Program-made: the position numbers and the translations under genes
In this document: piece by piece, positions 42,115 through 56,044 of the stretch
Layout of the letters: the number at the start of each line of letters is the position of its first letter
Numbering within the stretch: position 1 is the first letter of the stretch
The notes under the pieces: generated by a model
Seen by the model: the letters and a program-made list of their open reading frames with translations, nothing else
Told to the model about the DNA's origin: nothing
Databases searched by the model: none
DNA from: Lama glama
Lineage: Eukaryota
Length of the DNA: 64,000 bases
Assembly: GCA_028534125.1 (NCBI GenBank)
Contig: CM052817.1
Span: forward strand, 108,998,001-109,062,000
Direction: 5' to 3'

Positions 42115-42610
42115 AGATGAGTGGGGCACTGGGCAGACAGGAGGAGGAGAGGGAGGAGGGTCCAGAAGATGGTGTTATTCCAGCCTCCAGCAAGAAACGA
42201 GTGCCAGCAAGAAACCGGTTAGAACCCGACAGTCACAACTGTATGGTGGTGACAAGGACCTGAGCAGGCATGACCCAGTGCTCACTGTATTATAGTGAAC
42301 ACCGCGGTTTGGCCCCACCCCCTCCACGGGCTTCTCTGCGTGCACCATGGGTAAGGACAAGCGCCAAGGGGCAAACACGGCTGAGCACTCCAGGGGCAAG
42401 AGCTGCCAATCAAGCAAGAGACCCCCTCTAAGCCAGGGTATGAGAGGAGGGGGGACAGAAACCACCCTTTCTCCCCTCAGATCAGCCCGCCTCCCATTCT
42501 TCCAGGTGCACTTTTCCTTTCCTGAATAAATCTTTCAAAATCTTTCGCTACACAAGGCACCGGCTCCTGACTGTAATTGTATCTTTCAAGTGTGACAAGA
42601 GCTGGGGTCT
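42115..42610 (+). mobile_element. Probable LTR
   Basis: ccagcaagaaac repeats and cctgaataaatctttc poly(A) signal followed by an R/U5-like end. Confidence 0.45.
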
Positions 42611-42639
42611 TTCCTCTTCTTTTGGGGGTTACAGTACTA

Positions 42640-44460
42640 GTGCCATACCACTGGATTCACTTCAAAATCACAGCCCTGAACCTCAGGTGGTCTGTGCACA
42701 CTGCGGGGAAGTCAGACCATGCATTCCCAGACCATCTGCTCTACCCCTCTCTCTCAGCCGTCTGCCCCTCTCTCTCCTGCTTCATTTATAATCTCAGCTG
42801 ATGATTTTAATCACATGTTCACTGAGAAATCTGAAACACTCGGAAGAGTATTTCCGTTTGGACTTCCATCCCTCCTGACATGTCTTCCCACGCACTCTGT
42901 CCCCGCCCCTTGCTGCCCAGACCAGAGTCCTACCAGACTCTCCACGTGCATGTTCTGTCATCATCCATCCTGACTCCTCACAAACTTTGCTCCAGCCGTC
43001 AAGCCCTCTTTCTCCCACATCTTCACGTTCTCACTCCTGTGTGTGGTACCTGTAAGCATTCAAGCGTGCTATTATTTCTGAAACTTATGAGAATTTTTAT
43101 CCATCACACCTTGCGTGTCAGCACTGTTTTCATTATTCTTGACACCTGAAACTAAAAGTTCCCAAGAGAGTTGGTGATGTGCATTGTCTCAACTTCTCTC
43201 CTTGAATTCTCTTGTCGCTACTGGAATGGTAGCCCCATCGCTTCTCTAGGGCTGCCGCATTGCTGAACTCAGGGGTCAGTGCTCACGCCTCGTCTTGCCG
43301 GAACCATCAGCAGCATCTGACACGGTGTGTCACTCTCGCTGCAGGACTGGCTTTCCTCATTTGGCATCAAGATTATCTCCCTCTCACTGGTCACCCCTGA
43401 TGGCCTTTCCTTTTCCCACAAATTTTAAAATTGGAGATTTGGGGGCCACCCTGTCTTCTCTAGAGAAGCTCCCTGCCTGGGTGACTCATTCTCATGGCCT
43501 TAAATACCACCCATCTGCCACTGATTGCCGATGTCTATCTCCAGCCCAGACCTCCTTTCTGAACTCCAGACTCCAGTCCTCAAATGCCTACTCAACATCT
43601 CTACATGGATGTCTCACAGACATTGCAAACTCAGCAGATCCAGAACACAGCTGGGCTTTCCCTGTCCACAAAATCTTCTCTACAGGAAGACTTCTTGATC
43701 TCACTGGGAGCAATTCCATCCTTCTAGTTGCTCAGGTCAAAAATCCTCACATCATCCTCAACTCTGATCTCTTTCTTACAACTCACGTGCAATTCACAAG
43801 GAAACCCTCTCGGCTCTACCTTCAAATATGTATGAAGAATCTAATAACATCTTGCACATTTTCCATCACCCACTCACCACCCGTTCCTCTCCTCACATAG
43901 TCTCTGTACCTTAAGGGAGAGTTAATGCGAATTAGACCACGCCTCTCATTTTTTAAAAGACTTGTGAAAATTCTCTATCTCATAAACATAAAAGACGAAA
44001 TCCTGACAATGGCCTACAAGCACAGCGTTATATGTCCGCCACCAGCCTTCTGATCTCTGCTTTCTCCCTGGAGCAAGGAGCTTCCACCCGGGACCTTGGC
44101 TGTAGCTACGCAGTGGCTGGAACATCCTTCTCTCCTTGAGTAACTCCTTTCCTGCCTTCCAGACTCTGTTTGCATTTCACCTTCCCAAGGACGCCTGCAC
44201 TGATCACCCCATTCATTACCATAATCCATGCCGTCTCCTCAGACTGAGCACCCTTGACCTCTCTTGCCACGTTTTACTTCCTTTTCTTTTTCTAGCACAT
44301 TTCACTCTGTAACGCATCAGGTAACTGCTTGCTGAGTAGGTTTATTGTCCCCTCCTGCCAAACTAGCAGGTCCACAAAATCAGCATCTCTGTCTTGCTCA
44401 TGGATGCAGCCTATTCAGCTGGAAACACATCTGGACCACATGAGGTACTCTGTCTTCAGT
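42640..44460 (+). mobile_element. L2 LINE remnant (decayed RT region and 3' end)
   Basis: catggccttaaataccacccatctgccactga...tatctccagcccagacctc...aactccagactc corresponds to the L2 HGFKYHLYADD region, now degenerate. Confidence 0.75.
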
Positions 44461-44792
44461 GGATGAAGACAGGTATTTAACACTAAACCCAAGTACAGCG
44501 TAAAAATATTGCCCATGATTTTTGACCTGCTGTAAACATGACAAAGATTTGGGCCTTAAGTGGTGACACAGATTTCATGAATTATTTCTTCCACCTTCTG
44601 CCTCTGTGCTGGAACTCTTCCTCATGGTCATATGTATTCTGCACAGAGCTGCGGAAAAATTCCATCTCCCACAGAAACTCACTTTTGACAACTAGACTCT
44701 GCCATCAGGCTTCAGATTCCTTTTTGTTGCCAAGGAAACCCACAGCTTTTAGCAAACCCTCAGTTAAAAATACACCTGATTTCCCTCCAGTG

Positions 44793-45243
44793 TGTGGCCT
44801 CATTTCCTCGTTTCCTGCTATAGTGATTTACCCCAAGTGTGACGGCTTACAACAGCAGAAATAAATGTATTCTCCTCCGGTTCTCCCAAAGTCCTAAATG
44901 CGGGCGTTGCCGGGACCACACTCCCCCAGGCTCCAGGGAAGGTTCTCCCGGCTTCTTCCAGCATCTGGTGGCTCCTGGAGCTCCCTGACTAATGAGAGCA
45001 TCACTCCGGGTGCTCCTCCATCTCCACACAGCTGTGTTTTCTGCAAGTCCATGTCCAAATCTCCTTCTCTGTTCTCTGTAAAGACAGCAGTCACTGGACT
45101 TGGGACCCACCCCAAATCCAAGACTACTTCACCTTGAGATACTTCACTAATCACGTTGCCAGAGACTCTGCTTCCAAATAAGGTCACATCTGAGGTCCTG
45201 TGGGGGGACCTGAGGGTGGGGGAACACTGCTCATCCCACTGCA
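44793..45243 (-). mobile_element. MLT1 (MaLR) solo LTR
   Basis: ggcttacaacagcagaaat...ccaaataaggtcacatctgagg...ccactgca is MLT1B/C-like. Confidence 0.75.
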
Positions 45244-48200
45244 GCATGTGAAATCCACATGGGAAAACTCAGTCATTTACGTTACATGATCTCTGACCGT
45301 CTGTGCCTCTGGAATGTTCCACCTTAAACATGTGCCACCTTGGAGTTCACTTTGCTTTCTTTTTGGAAGATGCACTGAGCACACAACTTCTAATTCTTCC
45401 TCAGTGTAGTCCCCAGAGGTAGGAAAATGATGACAAATCAAGTTCTAAGTAGTTGGAAGGCAGGCCCATTTCCCCTAAATGTCCTGTGGCACAAACAGAT
45501 AAGAGATCAGAGCTGAGAAAACAGACAGGAACGTAAAAGTGCCAGTAGAATGTTTGGGTAACTTGACCCTTTCCCGGCAACCTTGACCCACTGTGTCATG
45601 TACGGTGCAGACACAGGATTTTGCAACCTCCGGGGCCTGCAGGTTAAGCATTAGTGGAGTCCTTCCCCCTACCTAGGCCAATTACAGGAACATTTTCAAT
45701 ACCATGAGGAAGACCGCAGAGGTGTTTAAACAGAGGCTGTTTCCCTGATGGCGTGGCAGCAGGAGGGCAAACAGAAACCTCCCACAGCCCCGGCCAATAG
45801 CCGGTTCCAGCAGAGACTGGAGCGGGGAGCACGCAGGCAGGTCCCCAGGGCTTTCGTCCTCAGAAGGCTGAACACACCAGCTGGGGTGGGCTTTTTGAAT
45901 GTGTAGACAGTTAGGCTATATCCGATGTTCATTTAATATACGTCCGCTAATGAGGGTGTTACAGATATGTACATTTTCCTGTGTATATTTCTCCCATGTG
46001 CATTAGCAGACAGTTGCTTCCTGTACTTAAAGGTCCAAGGATGAGCATTCATTCAGTGAGTCCATGAAAACACAAGTCAGAGCGATTCTGTTTGGCTAAC
46101 AAGTCCAACACCTTATTGAAGACACTCAGAAACAGGATAAACAGAAAGTCTGGGAGTCACCTTCGTGTTGACTCAAGAAGTTTTGTTTCTAGATTATCTG
46201 CTAAAACAGTATGAAATAAACATAGTGAAGGAAATTGAGTTATTTAAAGGGAAAATCCAAAAGTTAGCATGTCTGCATGTTGCATCTCCACTTTTTATAA
46301 ATAACCACCCAAATAACTGATCACTAAAATGATCGTAAACCCAACCTTCTCTTCCACAGCTGAGTATTTTAGTGCTTGGAATTGATTGATTTGAGTGGAA
46401 AGCATTGCAAATTTGTATCCTCAGATTAACAATGCTTTTCCTCTAAGATTCATGTTTTGAGTTACGAACCTTTAATAGCTAACTGTGAAAAATCTGACGG
46501 TAGTAGTAACAGTAAACTTATTTCAATTAGTCCTTGCAGAAAGGGTGCCAATTTAAAGAACTGTTTAAAATAGCAATCACAGTGTTAGGTTTTAATGTAC
46601 AGATTAATAAAATAATTCATTAATTTAAAAAATAAGAGAGATCAGAAGTTAAGCTCTTCTGTACAGAAGAGTGCCAACAAAAATACAGAAGGAAGGATGG
46701 AGAAGAGCATGCTTTTGTGAAGGTCATAACAATTACTGATTCAGATGGGATTCAGTGATTTATGCTAAAATCACTGGGTGAAAGGTTGGGAAAAAGATAC
46801 TCTAATCACAATGATTACTTATTAATTACAAAAGGGAAAAGGCACATTTACAAAGGAAACTCAGACTGACTACCTAAGCCAGGAGATAAGACTTAACTGT
46901 TACCAACAGTAGGGGAAACTGAGGTCACAGCCTCTTGAGGACACACATCGCCTACATGGTTCTCCAGGGACCTCAGACACTTGACCTGAGCCTGATTATG
47001 ACGCAGGAACCGGACAACCCCAAATCGAGAAGCATTCTGCAAGACGTCTGACAGGGAGTCTTCAAAAATAGCAGTGTAATGAGAAGACAAAAAACCAAGA
47101 ATAATTTAATGGCTAGGGAACTGTTCTGGATTTAAAGTGAATAAACAGAAAAGACAGGGGTGTGTAGTCCACCATCCTTGATGGGATTTTGGATTGGGAC
47201 ATAAAACATAAGGTTTGACTGAGGAGAATCTGGAAATATTCAGTACGGAATATATGCTAAATAAAGGTGTTGTATCAAAGCTAAGTTTTCTGAGTGAGAT
47301 TTTTATATGTTTCCATAAGAGGACAACCTTTTCCTTAAGCAATATGAGGATGGTTCATTTAGACATGAAGACAAAGGAAATGTGGGAAAACAATAAAAAT
47401 TAGAGAATCACAGTATGGCGTACATAGGGGTTCATCGCTCAGTTTTGTCAACTTTCTGTAAGTTTGCACTTTTCAAAATACAAGTTTGGAAAAATTACAG
47501 TAATTTTATTACGTCATGATAGAGTGTGCATAATGAAAAAATACAAGGTTAGGACAAACTTTTCATTCAATCAACAAATATTTATTGACTGCCTCTAATC
47601 TGCCAAATATTTTTCTACCCAGATGCGTAGATCAACCAAAAACAGGCAGAGCCCTGCCTTCGTGGAATTTATGCTCTTTCTCCTCCTGTCTGAGCCTCCT
47701 CTGCTGTTAAATGGGTGAAGTGGGGGTGGCAGAAGGGCCGGACTTCTAGTAACACAAGCTCCCTTTCTGCACTAAATGCTGTCATTTCAGATCTGTGAAC
47801 CATTTGCTTCATACAGATATGATGCAGTGGCTAATTTCTTCCACTCAGTATTTTATTAAAAAGTATTTTATATATTGTCATGAATACACAGCACTAATCC
47901 ACAAAGCATAACAAAAAATCGTTATGACATAACAGAAAAAGTTCTGATTTTGTGTTCTTACAAACCCAAAGTAAGGCAGCACTGAATTATTTAATAAGAG
48001 CACTGAATTACTTATTATTTATTACTAATTATTTATTTATTAAGTTGTGAGTCTGCTTTGTTTTTCTTTCCAAGATGATTAAGAAAGCAGAAGTATCCTT
48101 CACGCTGTCTTCTTTGCAGAGCCTGTACTCTCTATCAAATCCGTCTAAATCAAAAAGAAATTGCATCGCTATTAACAGTTAATGCATTGCCCCAAATAGA

Positions 48201-50452
48201 AAGAATTTCTTAAGTTTTAATTCAAAGCTGAATTTAAAAGTTGTAGCTAAAGAGGACCTTTTTTATATCTTTAGATACATGCCAATTGAATCAGATCAAA
48301 ATTTTTATTAAAAACATAAGATTTTTTGAAGAACAGAATAAAAATGTGTTTGTACAACTGACACTGGACCAGAATATATGTCTCTAGACACCGCATAAAA
48401 TTCTTAATGTTGCTCATGCTCTGGATTCAAAAGCAAAGTCAGAGAAAATGTTTTCCCCATCTGCTCTCTGTCCTTCCTCTTTTGCATTTAATCAGGACTC
48501 ATGAGTGTCTTTCTGTGGTGGGTGCTACTTGGGCAAGGGTGGTAGGTGACAATAGTCCAGAACTCTCTAGATGCTCACTGGATTTGGTTTTGTCACGGAA
48601 TCCCCAGCCTTTATGTTTGTGTGCACATTAAGGAGTGGTGAAGGGAGAAATCTGATGATCTGTCTTTTGCCAAGTGCACTCGCTGTGCAAATCCAGGGCT
48701 GTGGGCGGGGGAGGCACAAGGAAGAGGTGGGAGGATGTGGTCCTTAATGAGAAATCTTAGGGGCTTGAGATGACAAGGATGCAGGGCTCTGAGTCCCAGC
48801 GGGGACGAGGAAGGCAAACGCGGGGCGGGGCGTCCTTGCTAGAGAAAAACGCAGCTTGAATTTACTAGAAGTCACCAATGGGGTAGAGCTGACCAGGAAG
48901 CATGCTTGAAACTGAGGAGAGAAGGAGAAAAAGAAGAGATGTCGGGACGTTCATTCCAAAGTAGAAGAGAGGTGGTGGGTATCAGAACAGGGCCAGCACC
49001 CGGGCTACAAGCACCATGTTTGAAAGTCACAGAAGAGAGGAAAACTGAGCAAAGACAAGGTGTTGTTTAATATCATTCTCTGTCTAGCTGAGGCCAACAA
49101 GGAAGGAGCGGTCTTTTCTTTCTACCTGTTCCACTCTTTCCCCTCTTTGCACTAATACGGAAGTAATACAGTCAAGAAGAGAGAAGAAGAGAAAACATGA
49201 CGTCATTGGTAAGAAAATTTCTACTTACGCCTGAGCCTCGGTTAAATTGGGATGTGGATAAAATACAGCTTTCGAGGCTCTCTGTCTTTGTCTTGATTTC
49301 CCTCCCCGAATGTTCCCCCCAGGGCACCCCTGTCCCTACCTGCCCTGCTCTGAACTCTGCTAAGGACTCCACCCAGGAAGTTCTAATAGTGAGTAAGTGA
49401 CAGGACAGGACAGTGTTATGTCACCTGCACAATGCTGCAGAAAGATGCTGAGAAGAATGAAGGGAGGAACAACAAGGGAAGGAAGGAAGAACAGATGAGT
49501 GAGAGGATGCCGGGTTTTCAGACTGTTACCAAGGTTGTAATTAACCCTGAAGAAGAGATCTTTATTACGGGAGAAATTCATCCATCGTAGGACTGACCTT
49601 CTTCCTGAAATCTGTGACTTGATGGCTGGGGACGTCTTTCCAGACCTTCACTTACATCCCTTGAAGTCTCTTAGTTTGCTTCCATATAAGACTAGTTTCA
49701 ACTCAGAGTCCTGAGTTTCCAAGAAAATGTATGCAACACACATCTAACCATGTTACTAGTTAGTAGCGATGTTATCTATAAAACATGACCACAGCAACTC
49801 TAAAAGGCTCCAAGCAGAGATACATGTAATTCCTCAATCAGGTCAAGAGATGGCGTCCTTCAGACACCATAATGTACATTCTCCAGTTTATTAGTTAATA
49901 CAATGAATTCTAGTAATTTCTCAGAAGTTGTTCCTGTGAATAAATGGTTAGCATTTGTGCTTTACTGAATTTGAATCCTTGCAGCAATCATTTCTTCACC
50001 AGGAGATATTTTCTGGTGTTTTATTTTGTCATTTTCATCGATTATCATTTCTGTTTAAAACAGCTTCATCTGCCATTTAGAAACTTCAACAAAGACAAGA
50101 CGTCTCTACCTCCCAAATTCCATTCCAACTGCATTTTGATTCAAAGTGATACAAAGCGAGAGGAGAAATAAAAACCAAGGAGACTTTCTGCCAGGTGAGT
50201 TAGCTTAGTGTCAATTAGAGGTGATTCTAGAACCACAATTATTTGTAAGAATCATCCCTTTAATTCTGAGAAACCAGTTTCCTTAATTACGTTTTTTTGA
50301 TTTCCCTCCGTGATAGCTTCTCCTCGGTCAATAAATGCCCATAGCTGGTTCGGCCCGCATTTTTGGTTTGCCAATTACGTGTTTTATGAGGTAAGACACA
50401 GCAACACAAACATTTAAATTGCCCCAGTTTTACAACCTCAACTGCTGTCTTT

Positions 50453-50460
50453 TATATAAA
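50453..50460 (+). promoter_or_regulatory. ASIC5: Candidate ASIC5 TATA box
   Basis: TATATAAA about 75 nt upstream of the ATG at 50533. Confidence 0.6.
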
Positions 50461-50532
50461 GGTCACAAAATGAATACAGTTACTGATGAAAATTGGTTAC
50501 ACCACCAGGACTCCCGCTTGCTGAAACTGGAA

Positions 50533-50572
50533 ATGGAGCAGACTGAGAAATCAAAAGCTCATGTTGGAAAAG
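50533..50572 (+). CDS. ASIC5: ASIC5 (BASIC) coding exon 1
   Basis: ATG GAG CAG ACT GAG AAA TCA AAA...AAA G|gtgggt, giving MEQTEKSKAHVGK(G); phase 1 matches exon 2. Confidence 0.9.
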
Positions 50573-51524
50573 GTGGGTAAAGGGTAAAATCCCCAGAACA
50601 GTTACAATTTGCATCCCTAAAAGCTAGAAATTAGCAACAGAAAGGGGACTTCTATTTGTCACTGTGGAAATTTGATTTCTGATATTGCTCGGGTATAGTA
50701 TGAGTCACAGAAGTTCTGTTACTCAGGAGGAGAGCAATGTGTACGAGGGAGTCGCGTGTATGTAGTTTCACAGTGTTACTCCATGCTAGGCTGCCTTTTG
50801 GTTTTATTTTGTTGCGTTTTGTTGGTTTCTATTTATCATGTGCCTACAGTTTTCGGTTTAAAATACAGCAAAACTTGTTTCATGTTCCTCGAAGTGCTTT
50901 TGTGAAGATGAGGGTTCAGTTCGAGAGCACTGGCTGTGATTACATAGCACGCACTTCCAGGCGGGAGGGTGAGGCGTCGCCCGCTCGCAGGCTGGCAGGC
51001 TCTGCGTTACACCAATTCTGATCTCCCCCACAGCACATCACCTTGTCTCTTTACTTTTCACCTAAAACAATATTGTTTTAAGGACTCTTTCGAAACCCTT
51101 AGCAAGTGATTGAGAACATGCTGGGAAAGCCAAGGTAATCGTCAAGGAGTAAATTTATATTCAAGGAGCTGAGTCTTGACAGATCAACTTGAAATTTATA
51201 TTTTCAGGGTAATGCTTCCAACCAGCCACACTTTGGCTGATCAATTACTGATGACTCAGTTACTCTTCCCCTGTGGTGGGAAGGGTGTCAGACAGCGAGG
51301 GGCCGGGTTGGCCTTCCGTCAGGCTCAGTTCTTCACAGGTCTTTGTAGCCAGTGGCTAAATTATACATAAAAGAGCATTATTAAATTTGTTTTGCTTATG
51401 GATAATAACCATAACTTTTCTTACATTTCTGATTTTGCTCTGGGACTGTGCAGTTACTTTATACATATATATCTCTTAATTCAATTTTTTTTAAAAAAAA
51501 TCAGTATATGCAAATTTTATTTAC

Positions 51525-51830
51525 AAACCAGAACCAGACTCACAGACAAAGAAGAAAAACTGTGGTTCCCAAGAGGGAAAGGAGCTGAGAGGGATAGGTT
51601 AGGAGTTTGCGATTAGCAGACGCACACTACTGTATATAAAATAGATAAACAACAAAGACCTATTTTATAGCACAGGGAACTGTATTCAGTTTTTTGTAAT
51701 AACAGGTAATACAAAAGAATATGAAAAATACATATGTATGTACATGTACAACTGAGTCGCTTTGCTGTACACCTGAAGCTAGCATTGTAAATGGACTACA
51801 CTTCAATAAAAAATAAAAATTAAATTTTTA
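51525..51830 (+). mobile_element. L1 3' end in ASIC5 intron 1
   Basis: cagactcacagacaaagaa...ggagtttgcgattagcagacg...tacacttcaataaaaaataaaaat. Confidence 0.8.
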
Positions 51831-52818
51831 AGAACCCAGTATGGGGAGCAAGTATAAAATCTTAGTTCAAAGTCAAGCTAACCAGATTAATACACAATTT
51901 CCTGCTTGGTGTACAGTCTCTATAAAATAATCAGAATGTAATTTGTAACTGCGTCCTAGCATTTTGCAGATGAAACGGAGTCCCTTAGAAAACGTATATA
52001 TCTTGTATGTATCACTATATATCTCATGACTTAACTTTAGCTAATTGATTAGACTTCTGAAATATTAGGTGATGATTTAATGAAACCCTTTAGAAGTGCA
52101 TTCATGCTGAGCAGTTGACAGAAACAATACTTTCTGAAGTAAAGGATATACAAGTTAATTCACCAAGTTACCAGCATTTGTGAGACCATTAAGAACTCAA
52201 CTCTTAGATGAGAATTTTAGACAGTGTTTAAAAATCCTTGAGTATTTTGCCATTTATCACATCACTACTAAATGAGCAGAGTGACAAAAATATCTAATAG
52301 GAATTGAGGATCTGTCCTGGCCCAGGTAACCTGCTAAGCCACTCACCCATTCATTTAATATTCACAACAAACTCGTGAGGCAGAGGCTGTTACTTCCATC
52401 TGACAGAAGAGAAACGGAGTCTTAGGAAGACTGAAAAATTGGCTAAAGTAGCACATGTCACTGTGCCTGGACCAGAAGCTAAGTTTTTAAAGATTAAGAG
52501 CTGTCGAAAGCAACCCATTCAGGGTGGATTGATTGAAACCGAAAACACCAGCACATTAAGACGCTGGCGCCAAGAGGTTTGCATCAGCAAGAAGCATCCT
52601 CTGAAGAGCATCGGCATGTTCTCATTAGACCCCTGCAGTCAGCACTTCTATTTCTTGACCCCAAATGAGCCATGCAACGCAAGGTGAATTCTGGGTCCTT
52701 ATGCAGGCACAAAAAAGGGTAACGTGTTTAAACTGACGTGGGTCTTGTTTTTCACATGTAGCATTAGGGTTTCCTAACTCCTTACCTTTTTGTTTGTTTT
52801 ATTATTTTTAAATCTCAG

Positions 52819-53125
52819 GACTCTTGGAAAAGATAAAGCTCTACCTTTCAGAGAAATCTCTGCCATCTCCCAGGGACCGAGAGAAGCTGGACCACGATTT
52901 CGCCACCTCCACTTCCTTCCACGGTGTACACAACATTGTTCGCAACCGGAGCAGAATTCGCAAGGTGGTCTGGTTGGCGGTGGTCCTGGGCTCGGTCTTG
53001 CTGCTGGTCTGGCAGATCTACGGTCGCCTGATCAACTATTTCTCCTGGCCCACCACGACGTCCGTGGAGGTTCAGTACGTGGAAAATATAGAGTTCCCGG
53101 CTGTGACGTTTTGCAATTTAAACAG
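52819..53125 (+). CDS. ASIC5: ASIC5 coding exon 2 (HG motif, TM1, ENaC/DEG signature)
   Basis: ctcag|GA...AACAG|gtaaaa; 307 nt; LLEKIKLYL...TSTSFHGVHNIV...VVWLAVVLGSVLLLVWQIY...EFPAVTFCNLNR. Confidence 0.96.
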
Positions 53126-54559
53126 GTAAAAACTACTCTTTCAATAATAACAAGTCTCCAAAACTTCGCTAGTATAACCTTTCTTGGATGACTGAAATAG
53201 AGTTTATTATGTGATATTCAATATACACAAGACTATTGAAGTTCTTATATTGTCCTTAAAAACACACATTTAGGGGCAAAGAAGCTGAGTGATTTCTTCT
53301 TTATTTTCCCTCTTTCCTTCTTTCTTTCCTTCCACAATTATATGCTAGGCAAAGCACCAAGCCCTGTGGTTACACAGATGTATAAGTCTTTCTCCTTGCA
53401 TTTAAAAAGTTTGTTAATTAGTAAAAAGGAAAGAAACATCAGTAATCACAAGGCGATATGTGTGGTAACTGTTCGTTACACTCAAGGTGTGTGCAGGGGC
53501 TCTGAGAGAACAGAGGACAGGGGACAGTCTCTGTCTGTGTCCTGGAAGTCTGGGTGTCAAAGGATGGCCAGTGTGTAGGGGGGTACCAAGAGGGAACCAC
53601 TGTGCAAAGGATGGAGACATGAGATCTCTGATGTGTTCAGGACAAGGTACTTACTCGAAGAGAAGCACAGCCAGCTCCCAGGGTGTGTGACCTGTGCATG
53701 CACTTGGTTCAGTGCTCTGCTGTTTGGGGGGCCTTGACCACAGCTCCCTCCAGAAGAGTGCAGTTTGCTGCCTGTGCGCCAGGTCTCCTGTGGGGAGGGC
53801 AGCCTTCCCACAAGAGATCTTCCATGAAGAGCCTTGTAACCGCCTGTGGTCAACTTGAACAACCACAGGTAGGAGGTGCACCTTGGAGCAGGGACGTGGT
53901 TTCCTTCAGATCCACCACTAATGGGCTATTTTGACCATCGGCCAGTCATTACAGCTTTTTAAGCGTCAATTTGTGTAGGTAAGAAATGACCTGATGTCAT
54001 CTACATTACACGTTTGCTGTTCCGTGAGATGAGGTGATACAGACACCACTTGTGCCATCCTGGGCATTCTTTGGACGGGTGTTCAATATGCATTAGATAC
54101 TATAGCTTGTTTGTGTGGTCGTTAGAGATGTATCAAGGTATATATCAAGGTCCCAAAGAGTCAATCAAATGCCTCCCTAAAGATTTTCAATACTATTGTC
54201 CCATGGTATTTTAAATGGCATGTGTTCTAACAAAAGCAAAGGTTGGTTAGAGTGAATCAAGATAGTTAGCTATCTTGATTGTGGTAGTGGTTTCATTGGT
54301 GTATATACACCTATCAAAATTCATCAGATTATACATCTGAAATATGTGTAGTTTACAGGAACCATACCACAATAAAGGTGTTAGAAAAAAAAGAATCCAT
54401 AGCCATTAAAAAAAGCAAAGATTCATTGAAAATATCCTTCATTAAAGGGAAAGGCCTGTGTTATTTGTGAATGGCGGTATGAGGACCCTCACAGGTCTTT
54501 TCCCAGAGAAACAACCATAATTGGTGAATTTTATTTAAAAAAATCAACCATTTAGAAGT

Positions 54560-55470
54560 TAATCACCAAAATATAGAAGGAGTTCCTACAACTCAATAGC
54601 ACAAAACAAAAACAAAACTCCTAAGATTTCAATTTAAAATGTACTCAAGACTTGAATAGACACTGTTCCAAAGAAGGCTTACAAATGGCCAGCAGGTATA
54701 TGGAAAAATGCTCAGGGTCACAAAGCATCCGAAAAATGCAAATCAACACCACAATTAGATATCACCTCACACCTATCAGACGGCCATTATCAAAAAACGA
54801 AAGGACAACAAATGTTGAGGAGGATGTAAAAAACTTGGAACCCTTGCACACTGTTGGTGGGAATGCAAAATGGTACATCTGCTACGGAAAGCGGGATGGA
54901 GGTTCCTCAGGAAATTAAACATAAATCTACCATATGATCTAGCAATCTCACTCCTAAGTCTTTATCCAGAAGAATTAAAATCAGGATCTTGAAAAGACAT
55001 TAACACTCCCATACGCATTGCGTAAGATCTAGACACAACCTACATGCACACTGGCAGACAAATGGACAAAAGAAACGTCGAATGTGCACAAAGTGGAATA
55101 GTATTCAGCTGTTAGAACGAAGGAAATCCTGTAAAATGAGACCATGTGCATCAAGCTTCAGGATGTTACGCTAAGTTAAATAAGCCAGCCACAGAAAGGC
55201 ACACACTGCGTGACTGCACTTATGTGAGGTGTTGGATATAGTCAGATTCATAGAGCCACAGAGTGGAATGTGGCTGCCAGGGCCTGGGGGCGAGGGTAAT
55301 GGAAGCAAGGAGTTTCTGGTGAAAGGGCACTGAGTTTCAGTTAATTAGGACGCATGAGTTCTAGAGATGCGCTGTACAGCACTGCACCCACACTCAGCTT
55401 CACTGCACTGCACACCTCCGATGTTAGGAGGACTGATCTGCTAAGTATTCTTACCACAGGAGGTAACTCT
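54560..55470 (+). mobile_element. L1MA-type fragment (ORF2 C-terminus and 3' UTR)
   Basis: ORF 54652-54918 (IRKMQINTTIRYHLTPIR...LEPLHTVGGNAKW) is a degenerate L1 ORF2 C-terminus. Confidence 0.85.
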
Positions 55471-56044
55471 TTTTAAAGTTTAGCAGAAAAAAGAGAAAAT
55501 TATTATATCTACTACAATAATTAGAATATAATAAAGTGTACATATATATATGTGTGTGCACATATACACAATCACTTAAAGTATCTGGAAATTGTCCTCA
55601 GGGGATACAGCAAATGCAGAAATACTTACTCAAGAAAGTGCATGAAATTGCAACAAGAACATGCAGAGTCTACAGAACTTGAGTCACAAACCACTCCTTC
55701 CTTCCCCGTTTCTGTCTCAGTGTGACAGAAGCTCCACTCCAGGTGGGTTTGACCAGGAAGACGGGGCTCTTTCTCCTCCCAGTTTCCAGTCGAGGGCTCC
55801 CTGTGCCTTGGCGGATGCAGGCTGTCAACATTCCCTATCCAATCCCTCTCTGTGTCGCAGAGGCTGAGTTCCAGATGAGTACAGTTAGGAGGCTGGGGGC
55901 TCCCTTCCTTATGGGACCCCTACTTATGAGGCAGAAGCTCTATCTAGGGTGCGGTAGGTTGAAATAATCACCCTCATCTCCACCTGCCCAAGGATGGAGG
56001 TTCTGCACTGAGAGAGACAAAGTCAGAAGACCATATGCCACACC

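Noticed and set aside
43295..43900. 201-aa ORF
   Set aside because: Lies in a decayed L2; the YADD RT motif is destroyed.
54652..54918. 88-aa ORF similar to L1 ORF2
   Set aside because: Fragment of a truncated old L1, not a host gene.
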